Below, in pieces: positions 1-10,802 of a stretch of 64,000 bases of DNA. The notes below the pieces were generated by a model. It was not told the DNA's origin. It made no database searches and saw nothing but the letters and a program-made list of their open reading frames with translations. Both the position numbers and the translations under genes were made by a program. Source of the stretch: an uncultured Bacteroidales bacterium (GTDB taxonomy: Bacteria; Bacteroidota; Bacteroidia; Bacteroidales; Bacteroidaceae); the NCBI GenBank assembly GCA_902775385.1, contig CACYMI010000001.1:22442-86441 (forward strand), given 5' to 3'. The stretch's first letter is position 1. The number at the start of each line of letters is the position of its first letter.

Positions 1-2
1 CC

Positions 3-1739
3 TACGAACAGGCCGCCACACTGGTAGGCCTGCTGAAAGCTACCAGCATATACAACCCGAAGACCAATCCGAAGAACAGCAAAGAAAGGCGCAACACTGT
101 CCTGGAACTGGTATATGACCACGGCCATATAATCATTAACGGCTGCCCGGCCATTATGTCGCAACTTGACTCCCTGAAACAGATGCCGATAGACTTAGTC
201 CAGAAAAGCAAGGATAATTCACCCAACGCATTCGCCCCCTATTTCCGAGAGGAGCTGGTAGAGTACCTGGACATGCTATGCGAAACCGGGGACATCACAG
301 GATATGATGCGGGGAACAAACTGAACCCCTACTCCGACGGACTGAAGATATACACCACACTGGACACGAGACTGCAGAAATACGCAGAGGAAGCCGTACG
401 GAAGAAAATGAAGTCGCTGCAGAGTCAGTTCTATGCCCACTGGGGCAATACTCCGCCCTGGCAAGACAGCAAGCACAAGGAGATTCCAGACTTCATTGAG
501 AACATTGCGAGAAAGACACCGGAATACCAGAGATTAAAGAGGAAATATCCTGACAATATCGACTCCGTAAAGTACTACATGAATCTCCCGCGCCCCGTCA
601 GGGTCTTTTCGTATGACGGACCTGTTGTCAAGGAACTGAGCACAATGGACTCCATCCGTTACATGGTCAAGCTGATGCACTGCGGATTCATCGCCATGGA
701 ACCTGACACCAGGGAAGTGAAGGCATGGGTCGGCAACATAGACTACGACTCCTGGAACTTCGACAACATAACCGCCAAGCACCAGCCCGGCTCGACTTTC
801 AAACTGTTTGTCTATACCGAAGCCATGAATCAGGGCCTATCGCCCAGCAGCAGGAGAATGGACACCAGAATCGAGTACAGAGAGCCCGGGGAAGAGGAAG
901 CATGGATACCACACAATGCGGACGGAACCTATTCGGACACTGAGATAACGCTGAAGAGAGCGTTCGCAAGCAGCATCAACACCGTAGCCGTCTCAGTAGG
1001 CTTGGAAGTAGGTGTGAAAAACATCATCCGCACCGCATACGAGATGGGTATAAGAACCCCCTTGCAGGAGACTAAATCCATCTGTCTGGGCAGCAGCGAG
1101 GTGGACCTGCTGGAACTCACCAACAGTTACTGCACGGTGGTGAACGATGGCAAGTACAGCATGCCGATTCTGATATCCCGCATTGAGGATAGGGATGGAA
1201 ATATTATTTACAAATCCAATAAACACGAGAGACAGGCAATCCCCTACAAGTCAGCCTATCTGATGCAGATTATGCTAAGGAGCGGACTGCACGGTACGTC
1301 AGCCGCCATGTGGGAATACATAGGCGGCCTGACACATAGTACGGACTTCGGCGGCAAGACAGGAACCAGCAACAACCATGCCGACGCCTGGTATGTAGGT
1401 GTCACCCCCAAGCTGGTTGGCGGCGTATGGGTAGGCGGTGAATTCCCGAGTATCCACTTCAGGACAGGAGCCCTCGGACAGGGAGGAAAGGCTGCATTGC
1501 CCATATTCGGTGATTTTATCAGAAAAGTACTTAACGACAAAAGGTTCGGTAAGTACAAGGCCAAGTTCCCGGTGGCCAAGGACATTGATCCCAGCCTGTG
1601 GTCGGGAAGCGACTATGTCTCCAAAACGGACACTGCGGATTCGGAGGGAACTGATTCGCCTGTTCCGTCAGACGTTAACGAAGTGCCGGATAACGCCAAT
1701 AATGACACACAAACTGAGACAACAACGGCAGAAGAGTAA
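3..1739 (+). CDS. mrcA: Class A penicillin-binding protein 1A (glycosyltransferase/transpeptidase), 5' end cut by the window edge
   Basis: The frame is open from nt 3 (YEQAATLVGLLKATSIYNPKTNPKNSKERRNTVL = end of GT51 domain) and in frame with ORF 156..1739. Transpeptidase motifs are PGSTFK, SSIN (SxN) and KTGTS. The C-terminal tail is acidic and low-complexity. Confidence 0.9.
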   Translation, partial: YEQAATLVGLLKATSIYNPKTNPKNSKERRNTVLELVYDHGHIIINGCPAIMSQLDSLKQMPIDLVQKSKDNSPNAFAPYFREELVEYLDMLCETGDITGYDAGNKLNPYSDGLKIYTTLDTRLQKYAEEAVRKKMKSLQSQFYAHWGNTPPWQDSKHKEIPDFIENIARKTPEYQRLKRKYPDNIDSVKYYMNLPRPVRVFSYDGPVVKELSTMDSIRYMVKLMHCGFIAMEPDTREVKAWVGNIDYDSWNFDNITAKHQPGSTFKLFVYTEAMNQGLSPSSRRMDTRIEYREPGEEEAWIPHNADGTYSDTEITLKRAFASSINTVAVSVGLEVGVKNIIRTAYEMGIRTPLQETKSICLGSSEVDLLELTNSYCTVVNDGKYSMPILISRIEDRDGNIIYKSNKHERQAIPYKSAYLMQIMLRSGLHGTSAAMWEYIGGLTHSTDFGGKTGTSNNHADAWYVGVTPKLVGGVWVGGEFPSIHFRTGALGQGGKAALPIFGDFIRKVLNDKRFGKYKAKFPVAKDIDPSLWSGSDYVSKTDTADSEGTDSPVPSDVNEVPDNANNDTQTETTTAEE

Positions 1740-1821
1740 AAAAGGGGCAAACCATTTGTTAATTTGTCTTAAAATTAAACTTAAAAGAACACTTCCCTTA
1801 CGGGGTTTCAGTAAAAAAACG

Positions 1822-1829
1822 TAAATTTG
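1822..1829 (+). promoter_or_regulatory. Bacteroidetes -7 promoter box TAAATTTG upstream of the fasciclin/SusC/SusD locus
   Basis: Exact match to the TAnnTTTG consensus, about 77 nt upstream of the ATG at 1906, in an AT-rich intergenic region. Confidence 0.45.
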
Positions 1830-1905
1830 CTCTGCTTAGCGCCTAAAATGTGCAAAAAAGTGGTTAAGAAACATAAATAATTTAAACTAAAATAACACAA
1901 AAAAA

Positions 1906-4900
1906 ATGCGTATGACAAACCGTTTAAGCAAATGGAGTAGGCAGTCAATTCGGATGATTTGCCTATTGGCCGCTTGCGGCTTCATACATGCTTGTAAGGA
2001 CGAGTTCCTGTTGGACGACAAAAAGCCCGACTGGCTGAACGCGAGCATCTATGAAAGCCTCGAAAAGTCCGGCAACTTCACCATGTATCTGAGATTGCTT
2101 GCCGACAAGGATGTGAATCCTGCCAACGCGCGTCCGCTCACGGAAGAGCTGAGCAAGACCGGTTCTAAGACCGTCTTTGTTGCGGATGACGCCGCATGGA
2201 AAGCATTCTTCGAGAAAAATGCGAAGCTGCCGGAAAGTAACCCCTGGCACTATGCCACTTCTTACGAGAATCTGAGTGTAGCACAGAAGAAACTGCTGAT
2301 TCACACCAGTATGCTCAACAATGCCATCGTGATGGAGAACCTGGCAAGCAGTGAAGCCAGCGGAGACAATCCCCCGACCCGCGGTGAGTACATGCGCCGA
2401 TTCACTGACGTTGCGGCAACGGACACAATCACATACATCAAGTCCGCTGACCTGCCCGTCAACTACAATCCCGTTGACAAGGACTACTGGCAGCGATTCC
2501 GTGAGGAGAACGGCGGTAACGGTATCTATCTGGTAACAGACTCCAGCCTTACCATGATGCTCCACTTCACACAGGAACACATGTCCAGAAACAACATCAA
2601 CAGTGACTTCGACTTCCCCAAGTTCATGGGCCGTGAGCGTATCACCAGCGATGTTCACATCTACGACGCACACCTTGACAGTACGGACATTGTATGCCAG
2701 AACGGTTACGTGAACATGACCGAGAAGCCCCTCTGCCCCCTGGCAAGTATGGCGGAAGTCATCCGCACCAATGGCAGGACCAACATCTTCAGCCACATGC
2801 TGGACCGCTACAGTGCTCCCTTCTACAATCATCGTATAACCACTGACTATAAGGTGCTTCACCCGGAGTTTTCCGACTCTATCTTCACCAAGCGCTACTT
2901 CTCAGACATGAGCGCCGGCGGCAGACCCCTGCAGTCAGAGCCCGGAGACAGAGGCGGTACCTATAAGGCATATTACCCGTACAAGTACGCATCTGAAAAC
3001 ATGCCGGCCGAGCTGAAGGACTATTTCAAAGCTGGTGACATCAAACTGAAGTTCGACCCCGCATGGAACGAGTATTATGAGGATCCCACTCATCCCGAGA
3101 ACCGCGAGAAGGATATGGCCGCCATGTTCGTTCCCAGCGACTCCACCCTCTGGAACTACTTCGTAAACGCCGGTGGCAAGCAGCTGATCAAGACATTCTA
3201 TCAGCGCGAGGGAACCGAATACGAAATCCCGTACAACACTCCCACCACATACGAAGAGCTGTATAAGCAGATTGACTGTATTCCCCTGCTGGAAATGCAG
3301 AAGCTTATAAATATAATTATGTTGCGCTCATTTGTAGGCTCGGTGCCCAGCAAGATGACAAAGCAGAAAGACGATGCCTTGGAACAGCTGTTCTACCCCG
3401 AGGATATCGACAAGATTGACACCTGCCTGATGGCCAGCAACGGTGCAGTCTATATTATGAACCAGGTTTACGGTCCGGCCGACTTTACCTCAGTTACGGC
3501 TCCCGCCGCCATCAGTACGACCAATACTATTATAAACTGGGCCATCTATGACCAGAACAATATGGGTCTGAACTACTACGCATACCTGAAGGCCATGCAG
3601 AGCCGTTTCACCTTCTTCATGCCAAGCGACAAGGGCCTGGAATGGTATTATGACCCCACCAGTCTGAAGAGTAAGACTCCGCGTATCATTGTCATGAGCC
3701 CCAAGCCCGCCGCTGCGGGAAAAGTTGCCGTACAGGCCAAGTGCTGGAAGTACATTGATCCCTATGGAACCCACAAGCCAGAAACGGGACAAGTCATAGG
3801 TGACAAAGGCGGCCAGCTGATGAGTAGCGCCGGTAGTATTGACGAAAAGGACATTCTCAACCGTCTGAAGGATATTCTGGAGAGCCATACCATTGTGCAT
3901 GACGGTACCAACCCCATTGACGGAGAAGACGAATACTTCCTCTCCAAGAACGGCAATGCCATTAAGGTGGTTCGTGACGAGAACAACAACATCATCGCAG
4001 CCAAGGGAGGTTTCCAGCTTGAGAACGAGCGTCAGGGTATAGAAAGCACCAATCCCGGTGTAACAGAATGTAAGGTTACCGCTCCCTTCCCCAACCTGAA
4101 GAACGGTGGAACCTACGTAATGGACTCACCCCTGGTTCCCACATACCGTAGCGTATGGAGCATCCTGACAGATGATATGCTGGACGATCCCAAGTACAAC
4201 CCGAAAGGCTATTCCGAAGCAGCTTGGGAAGCCAATCCCTACAGCGCATTCTACGACCTCTGCAGCGCCAGTTCACATGAGCTGGAGATTAAGGGTTGCG
4301 GTCTGGTTAAATCCAGCCTGAGCAGCTCAGAGCTGAAAGCAGCCCTGAAGAAATTCTACGTATTCACCACTGACGGCGGTCTGGACTACAATATCCAGTT
4401 CTTCAATAACTTCCGCTACACCATCTTTGTTCCCACAAACAAGGCTATAAAAGAGGCTATTGAGAACGGTCTGCCCACTTGGGATGATATTATGGAAGAC
4501 TACCATTCCCACTGCAAGCACAGTGTGGATCCCGAGACCGGAGACTGGATAAAAGACCCCGAGACCGGCGAGTATGAATATACCGACGAGTTGGAGACTT
4601 ATGAGGACAGTATCCGTATCCAGGCCAAGATTACCTATCTGACCAACTTCATCCGCTACCACTTTGCAGACAATTCAGTATTTGCCGACAAGTCAGAGCT
4701 CAGCGACGCGAACGGCGAAATGGTTACCTCAAGCTATGACCACGAGACAGGCTTGTTCTGCAAGATTCATGTGGACCGCATAAAGCAGGGTGACGAGACC
4801 ATCCTTCGCGTGTGCGACGATATTACTTATAAGAGTCAGCCCGGTAACAAGATTCCTACCGTGAAGGAACTGAACAACGTTCTGGCACGTGACATCTCTT

Positions 4901-5106
4901 GCAGTAAGTCCGGAAAAACCACAGCTCCCAAGAACATCAACATGCAGGGAATCGTTCTGGATGCATCCAGTGCAGCCGTTATCCATCAGATTGACGGTGT
5001 GCTGAATCATACCGCATTGGTTGGCGGCAGACACGACAGCGCATGGAGCACAACTGCGAATGCCAAGAAGTATATTAAGAGATACGCAATCAAAGCAAGA
5101 CAATAA
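1906..5106 (+). CDS. Large fasciclin (FAS1)-domain surface lipoprotein
   Basis: Lipoprotein signal (LLAACGFIHAC). FAS1-type motifs TVFVADDAAW, TIFVPTNKAIKEAI and AVIHQIDGVLN. It lies immediately upstream of a SusC/SusD pair. Confidence 0.8.
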   Translation: MRMTNRLSKWSRQSIRMICLLAACGFIHACKDEFLLDDKKPDWLNASIYESLEKSGNFTMYLRLLADKDVNPANARPLTEELSKTGSKTVFVADDAAWKAFFEKNAKLPESNPWHYATSYENLSVAQKKLLIHTSMLNNAIVMENLASSEASGDNPPTRGEYMRRFTDVAATDTITYIKSADLPVNYNPVDKDYWQRFREENGGNGIYLVTDSSLTMMLHFTQEHMSRNNINSDFDFPKFMGRERITSDVHIYDAHLDSTDIVCQNGYVNMTEKPLCPLASMAEVIRTNGRTNIFSHMLDRYSAPFYNHRITTDYKVLHPEFSDSIFTKRYFSDMSAGGRPLQSEPGDRGGTYKAYYPYKYASENMPAELKDYFKAGDIKLKFDPAWNEYYEDPTHPENREKDMAAMFVPSDSTLWNYFVNAGGKQLIKTFYQREGTEYEIPYNTPTTYEELYKQIDCIPLLEMQKLINIIMLRSFVGSVPSKMTKQKDDALEQLFYPEDIDKIDTCLMASNGAVYIMNQVYGPADFTSVTAPAAISTTNTIINWAIYDQNNMGLNYYAYLKAMQSRFTFFMPSDKGLEWYYDPTSLKSKTPRIIVMSPKPAAAGKVAVQAKCWKYIDPYGTHKPETGQVIGDKGGQLMSSAGSIDEKDILNRLKDILESHTIVHDGTNPIDGEDEYFLSKNGNAIKVVRDENNNIIAAKGGFQLENERQGIESTNPGVTECKVTAPFPNLKNGGTYVMDSPLVPTYRSVWSILTDDMLDDPKYNPKGYSEAAWEANPYSAFYDLCSASSHELEIKGCGLVKSSLSSSELKAALKKFYVFTTDGGLDYNIQFFNNFRYTIFVPTNKAIKEAIENGLPTWDDIMEDYHSHCKHSVDPETGDWIKDPETGEYEYTDELETYEDSIRIQAKITYLTNFIRYHFADNSVFADKSELSDANGEMVTSSYDHETGLFCKIHVDRIKQGDETILRVCDDITYKSQPGNKIPTVKELNNVLARDISCSKSGKTTAPKNINMQGIVLDASSAAVIHQIDGVLNHTALVGGRHDSAWSTTANAKKYIKRYAIKARQ

Positions 5107-5118
5107 AATACTCCCACT

Positions 5119-8100
5119 ATGAATAAAATAACAAAGTTTATATTGCTATGGGTGATAGCTTTGATGGCATTGCCCGTTAGTGCTCAGCAACGGCGTATCT
5201 CCGGTACCGTATCTGATGATATCGACGTCATCATCGGTGCCAACGTCGTAGAGTATGACAAGAACAACCGTCCTGTAAGTCATGCTGTTACTGATATGAA
5301 CGGTAACTTCACCATGAATGTCAAGGACCCCAACAATATCATTAAGTTCTCATACGTAGGATACAGGGACCACATTGAGAAGGTGGGAACCAAGAACGTA
5401 TGGAAAATCAAGTTGGAAGATGCCACCAAGACCCTGAAGGAAGTGGTAAAGACAGCTCCCAAGAAGTCACCCACTACTGGTCTGGATATTCCTGCGCGTG
5501 AGTATTCCGGCGCTGTCCAGAAGTTCAGCATGGAAGATGTGGAAGGTCTTGCCTTCGAGTCTGTTGACCAGGCCCTGCAGGGTCAGATCGCAGGTCTTGA
5601 TATCGTGCCCAACTCAGGTAACCTGGGAGCCGGTACCACCATGCGTTTGCGCGGTATCGCAACCATTAACGGTAACAAGCAGCCGCTGATTGTACTGAAT
5701 GACCACATCTTTGAGATTCCCGACGAATACAAGAATGAGAGCTTCGAGAACTATGATAACGAGGAGCAGTTCTCTACCCTTCTGAGCGTGAATCCCGAGG
5801 ACATCGAGAGTATCGTGGTACTGAAGGACGGTGCCTCCACAGCCAAGTGGGGTGACAAGGGTTCCGCAGGTGTTATCGAAATCAAGACCAAGCGCGGTAA
5901 GCGCGGAAAGACACGTGTGAACTTCAGATACAACTTCACCGGTACCTGGCAGCCTGCGGGATACAACATGCTGGACGGTGACGGCTATACCATGTATATG
6001 AAGGAGTCATACTACAATCCGCAGCAGCAGCCCACTGCCGAAAGAGGACTGTTTGAATTGGACTATGACCGCTCTCACCCCAACATCTACTACAACTACA
6101 ACAAGAACACCGACTGGGTGAAAGAGGTAAAGAAGTTCGGTCAGGAGCACAGATTCTCTGTTAACCTGAGCGGTGGTGGCGAGAAAGCCCTCTTCCGTAT
6201 CAGTGCCAACTATGACAAGAGTACAGGTACGGTCATCGGCCAGACTATGGACCGCTTTACCACCAATACGGCGTTGGATTATTACGTAAGTGACCGCATC
6301 AAGTTCAGCTCCACCATCGACCTGGGTTTCTACACCAACCACAAGAACCTGGAATCCGACGGTGACCGTATCATGGACCGTGCCTACAAGGCCATGCCTA
6401 ACATGAGCGTATGGGAATATGACTCTAACGGTGAGCTTACCGGCAACTACTTCAACATGCTGCCCCTGGCAGGTACCTACTCCGGCGACAATATAATCCG
6501 TGGACTGAATGACGGTTACCATACCTCGTATGACCTGCGTGACATGTTCATGAACGGTAACCCCGTTGCACGCGCGGAACTGGCCTGGTGGAAGATGAAA
6601 CAGTATAACCTGAAGCCCCAGTTCAATATCGAATACAAACTCCTGGGAAAGGATGACGATCATTTCAGACTGGACTATGTAGGTGATGTGGAGATTCAGG
6701 TATTCAACAACAGTAACGACAGATACTGCCCCAGTGAGTTAAAGACCATCGAATGGGCACTGGGCGGTGACCCTGATGTGAAATGGGGACAGAACGAGCG
6801 TAACTACGTAAGTAATGACGAGAGCAAGTCATTCCAGTTCTCTACCCGTCATGACCTGCGCTTCTACTCAGCCTTCCCCAACAGGGACCACAGCCTTTCC
6901 GCATTGGCACGCTTCGAGTTGTACACCGGTAACGGCAGCTCGCAGAACATGAACCTGTGGAATGTGCCCGACGGCATCACGGATCCTACCGTTATTGCCC
7001 TGATCCGTAAAAAAGGTATTGGTACAGGCACAAATGAGTGGCGTAGCCAGTCCTTCTACTTCAATACCCACTATTCTTACAAGAGCAAGTATAACATTGA
7101 CGCGTCTCTGCGTATAGACGGTTCCACCGGATACGGCCCCGGTAACAAGTATGCCGTATTCCCCTCTGCCGCAGCCCGTTGGAACATCAGTGACGAGAAG
7201 TTCATGAAGTGGAGCGAGAAGTGGCTCTCCCTGCTGTCAGTACGCGGTAGCTGGGCTATCGTGGGCGGTAGCGGCGGTACCAGCGGCAGCGACCAGTTCA
7301 ATAAATACAGGAACAACGGTTACTACAACGGTCACCAGGTAATTATACCCGAGAATCTCTCACTTACCGAACTGCGCCGCGAGAAGGTAAGGAAGATTGA
7401 CTACGGTTTCAACCTGGAGCTCTTCAACAGCATGATTGTGATGGATCTGGATATCTATGATAACAGGACAACTGACCTGGTGATGGAGAAGCTGCGTATC
7501 TCCAGTGCCAACGGTTTCAGCACCCTGGCTAAGGTAAACGGCGGTGTCCTGCACAACAAGGGATGGGAGGTCAACCTCAGCACAGGCAAGTTCTGCAAGG
7601 TTGGCAAGTTCTCCATGAAACTGCGCGGTAACCTGGCCCAGAACTTCAACGAGGTAGAGGAGATGAATCCCCTTATTCTGGAGAACCTGAACGGTAAGGA
7701 TACCTACCAGCCGGGCAACCTCAGCTGGAACAGACGTGTACAGATTGGAAACGCACTGGGTTCCTTCTACGGTCTTCACTACCTGGGTGTTTACAAGTAT
7801 GATTATGAGCACCATGGCTATAACCAGAAGACTTTCAGTGACTATGGCTATGCCGAGAGTGTTCCCTACGTGGATTTGGACGGCAAGACCAAGTACCGCA
7901 ACGCCAGCACAGTGGAAGAAGCCAGAGCGCTCGGTGACGGTTGGCATTACAAGTATAACGCCGCTAACGACTCATGGGTGAAGGACTATAAGATCAATAC
8001 CGCTGCCGCCGCTGCAAGACGCGGTGACATTGCCACCTGTCCTATCGCATTCGATGCCGACGGCAACATGCTGACCAATGCCAAGGGTGACCCGTTGCCC

Positions 8101-8727
8101 ATGTACTATTGCTACAACGAATCCTATCGCAAGAAGTTCTCCGGCGGTGACGCTATCTACGAGGATATCAACCACGACGGTCAGATCGACCGCTATGATA
8201 TGGTTTACCTGGGCAGTTCCAACCCCAAGTGTAACGGAGGTTTCGGTATTACCCTCTATTACGGCAAGTTCTCAATCAACACCAGCTTCAACTTCCGTAT
8301 CGGCAACATGATTTTCAACAAGGCCCGTATGGAATATGAAAGCATGTACAACAACAACAACCAGAGCTTTGCCACCACATGGCGTTGGCGCAAGAACGGT
8401 GACGAGACTGTTATTCCGCGTGCCCTTAACAACTACGGAACAGGTTATAACAGCTACAACTCACTGATGAGCGACCGCTATATCGAGAAAGGAAACTATC
8501 TGCGTATGCAGTATATCCAGCTCAACTACGAGTTCGATGCCAAGAAGCTGAAGAAGTACCATATCAACAACATGAAGTTGTCCGCTTCATTCAACAATCC
8601 GTTTGTATGGTCTAAGTATACGGGAGTTGACCCCGATGTGTCTCCCGGCGGTTTCGAATGTGCGGTTGACCAGAGCAAGACTCCTGTAAAGAAGTCATTC
8701 ACTTGCAACTTAATGATTGGATTCTAA
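5119..8727 (+). CDS. SusC/RagA-family TonB-dependent outer membrane transporter
   Basis: Signal peptide ending VSAQ. N-terminal CarboxypepD_reg-like region (ISGTVSDD..GANV). Plug motif IESIVVLKDGASTAKWGDKGSAGVIEIKTKRGK. 1202 aa with a terminal aromatic residue (F). Confidence 0.93.
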   Translation: MNKITKFILLWVIALMALPVSAQQRRISGTVSDDIDVIIGANVVEYDKNNRPVSHAVTDMNGNFTMNVKDPNNIIKFSYVGYRDHIEKVGTKNVWKIKLEDATKTLKEVVKTAPKKSPTTGLDIPAREYSGAVQKFSMEDVEGLAFESVDQALQGQIAGLDIVPNSGNLGAGTTMRLRGIATINGNKQPLIVLNDHIFEIPDEYKNESFENYDNEEQFSTLLSVNPEDIESIVVLKDGASTAKWGDKGSAGVIEIKTKRGKRGKTRVNFRYNFTGTWQPAGYNMLDGDGYTMYMKESYYNPQQQPTAERGLFELDYDRSHPNIYYNYNKNTDWVKEVKKFGQEHRFSVNLSGGGEKALFRISANYDKSTGTVIGQTMDRFTTNTALDYYVSDRIKFSSTIDLGFYTNHKNLESDGDRIMDRAYKAMPNMSVWEYDSNGELTGNYFNMLPLAGTYSGDNIIRGLNDGYHTSYDLRDMFMNGNPVARAELAWWKMKQYNLKPQFNIEYKLLGKDDDHFRLDYVGDVEIQVFNNSNDRYCPSELKTIEWALGGDPDVKWGQNERNYVSNDESKSFQFSTRHDLRFYSAFPNRDHSLSALARFELYTGNGSSQNMNLWNVPDGITDPTVIALIRKKGIGTGTNEWRSQSFYFNTHYSYKSKYNIDASLRIDGSTGYGPGNKYAVFPSAAARWNISDEKFMKWSEKWLSLLSVRGSWAIVGGSGGTSGSDQFNKYRNNGYYNGHQVIIPENLSLTELRREKVRKIDYGFNLELFNSMIVMDLDIYDNRTTDLVMEKLRISSANGFSTLAKVNGGVLHNKGWEVNLSTGKFCKVGKFSMKLRGNLAQNFNEVEEMNPLILENLNGKDTYQPGNLSWNRRVQIGNALGSFYGLHYLGVYKYDYEHHGYNQKTFSDYGYAESVPYVDLDGKTKYRNASTVEEARALGDGWHYKYNAANDSWVKDYKINTAAAAARRGDIATCPIAFDADGNMLTNAKGDPLPMYYCYNESYRKKFSGGDAIYEDINHDGQIDRYDMVYLGSSNPKCNGGFGITLYYGKFSINTSFNFRIGNMIFNKARMEYESMYNNNNQSFATTWRWRKNGDETVIPRALNNYGTGYNSYNSLMSDRYIEKGNYLRMQYIQLNYEFDAKKLKKYHINNMKLSASFNNPFVWSKYTGVDPDVSPGGFECAVDQSKTPVKKSFTCNLMIGF

Positions 8728-8739
8728 AAAAACATACAG

Positions 8740-10758
8740 ATGAAAAAGATAAATTATATATATAAATCTGCTTGCCTGTTCGGGTTGCTGGCCGTAGGAT
8801 TGGCCTCATGCGAGGACTACCTGACAATCTATCCTACAGACCGTGTGGTTGAGGAGAATTTCTGGGAGGACATGAATGACCTTAACGGTGTACGTTACGG
8901 TGCCTACAAGCAAATGGCAAACACAGTAGATAAGATGTTTATATGGGGCGACCTCCGTTCTGACTCTTACACGCTGAACAATCCTACGGAGGAACAGGGT
9001 ACCCACAATGTCTATAGCAACATTCTGAGCGGTATGCCGGACTCCAGTATGAATGTATTTGACTGGGGTGGCGTTTACAACACCATCAACCTGTGTAACA
9101 AGGTACTGGAACATGGCCCCGAAGTATTGGAGAAGGACAAGCAGTTTACCACGACAGAATGGATTTACATGCGTGCTGAAATGAAGGCGCTCCGTGCCCT
9201 TAACTACTTCTACCTGATTCGTGCGTTCAAGGATGTGCCCTATACCACCAAGACCATCAATAACGACACACAGGTAAGGCAGTTCAAACTCACCAGCCAG
9301 CTGGCGATTCTGGACTCCATTATCCTGGATTGCGAGAGTGTGGCCGGACAGGCACGTACCAGCTTTGCGAACAACAGCGATACCAAGGGTATGATTACCA
9401 ATGCGGCTATCTATGCGATGCTGGCCGACATGTACCTGTGGCGCGGCTCACTGCACCAGGGACGCGGTATCAAGAAAGACACCGTGGTAGCGGTTCGCGA
9501 GGATGGCAGCATCGACTCCATCCCCCACACCTATGAGGGTGAAAACGGCGACTACATGATAGCAGCCAGGTATGCCGACGAGGCGCTGCGCGAACACCAC
9601 GGACAGGTGGAGGATTACTTCAAGACCCTGGGTGCCTTCAGCACTACTACGGAAATAATCAGCTATGACCTGGACAATGTGGACCTGATTAAGAACGATT
9701 TCAGAAGCGCCTCTACCGTTGCGCCCAGACTTGAGGCCCATAACCTGATCTTCAATACAGGTAACAGTATCGAGAGTATTCTGGAGCTGCAGTACAACAA
9801 TAGCGACGGATTGAAAAACGGAATCGTGAACTTGCTGTACGGATATACCAACAAGACTCAGCTCAAGGTAGCAGAGGATGCTATGAAGAATGCCCACAAC
9901 AACGACGAGAAGAACCAGAAATACGATACCCGCCTGTGGGTAGGCTGCCAGACCTACATAAACGAGACACAGCCTAAATCCGGATCTTACTGTCTGAAGT
10001 ATTCATATCCCAGTATTGTTTTTGAAGGAGCGTCAACATCCCGCAAAATCAGATATGTGATGAATGACTTCGAACTTATTTCGGATATCTTAGGTGCGAT
10101 TTCAAGCGGTAAAGTTGAATCAAGCATTGATTACCACAACTGGATTATATACCGCACCACCGATGTCATGCTGATGAAGGCTGAGGCATTGGCTTGTGTA
10201 AAGGGAAAAGACGATGAGGTCATGAAAATCGTGAACGCCATCAACCGCCGTTCATATTGTGACTACAACACAGATGAGAAGCCTGCGGAGAACTTTACAG
10301 ACAAAACCAAGACTACAGGTAACTTCAAGCAGTCTGCCGACATTGTACCCAACAACAAGAACAGCAAGATCTCACTGCCCACCATTCCCAAGATGGTAGC
10401 CACAGTAATGAACCAGCGCCAGATTGAGCTGCTGGGCGAAGGCAAGCGCTGGTTTGACCTGGTCCGTATGGCAGAGCGTTACAGCGACAACAGCAAGGAT
10501 CCTGCCGATGAGCGCGAGAATCCTGAAGGCGCCGTAAAGGGTGATGCCAACTACGTAGGCAACGGACAGACCGGTATGGCCGCTGTAGTATATTACTTCA
10601 TGAAGAATTCCGTTGGCGAGCAATCCTGCGGTACCCTGTATAACAGATTCAAGAACCGCTGGGGACTGTACTGTCCAATCTATTATGAAGAGGTTAAGGC
10701 CAGCCGCGGAGAGATTCTTCAGAATCCTGTATGGAACAAGTCAAGATATGAACAGTAA
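8740..10758 (+). CDS. SusD/RagB-family nutrient-binding lipoprotein
   Basis: Lipoprotein signal (VGLASCEDYL), the typical SusD N-terminus (LTIYPTDRV..ENFW), and position directly after SusC. Confidence 0.9.
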   Translation: MKKINYIYKSACLFGLLAVGLASCEDYLTIYPTDRVVEENFWEDMNDLNGVRYGAYKQMANTVDKMFIWGDLRSDSYTLNNPTEEQGTHNVYSNILSGMPDSSMNVFDWGGVYNTINLCNKVLEHGPEVLEKDKQFTTTEWIYMRAEMKALRALNYFYLIRAFKDVPYTTKTINNDTQVRQFKLTSQLAILDSIILDCESVAGQARTSFANNSDTKGMITNAAIYAMLADMYLWRGSLHQGRGIKKDTVVAVREDGSIDSIPHTYEGENGDYMIAARYADEALREHHGQVEDYFKTLGAFSTTTEIISYDLDNVDLIKNDFRSASTVAPRLEAHNLIFNTGNSIESILELQYNNSDGLKNGIVNLLYGYTNKTQLKVAEDAMKNAHNNDEKNQKYDTRLWVGCQTYINETQPKSGSYCLKYSYPSIVFEGASTSRKIRYVMNDFELISDILGAISSGKVESSIDYHNWIIYRTTDVMLMKAEALACVKGKDDEVMKIVNAINRRSYCDYNTDEKPAENFTDKTKTTGNFKQSADIVPNNKNSKISLPTIPKMVATVMNQRQIELLGEGKRWFDLVRMAERYSDNSKDPADERENPEGAVKGDANYVGNGQTGMAAVVYYFMKNSVGEQSCGTLYNRFKNRWGLYCPIYYEEVKASRGEILQNPVWNKSRYEQ

Positions 10759-10802
10759 GTTTGTATGAAATAGATATCAGGAATTAAAAAGAAATATCGA
10801 AT

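Noticed and set aside
1963-2862. A long antisense ORF (299 aa). Similar ones occur at 22163..23143, 37309..38463, 41383..42417, 44005..44916, 45221..46462 and 57857..58705.
   Set aside because: Each lies entirely opposite a gene with strong family motifs. Their translations are low-complexity (rich in V, G, H, Q) with no recognisable motifs. This is typical of shadow ORFs in roughly 50% GC DNA.
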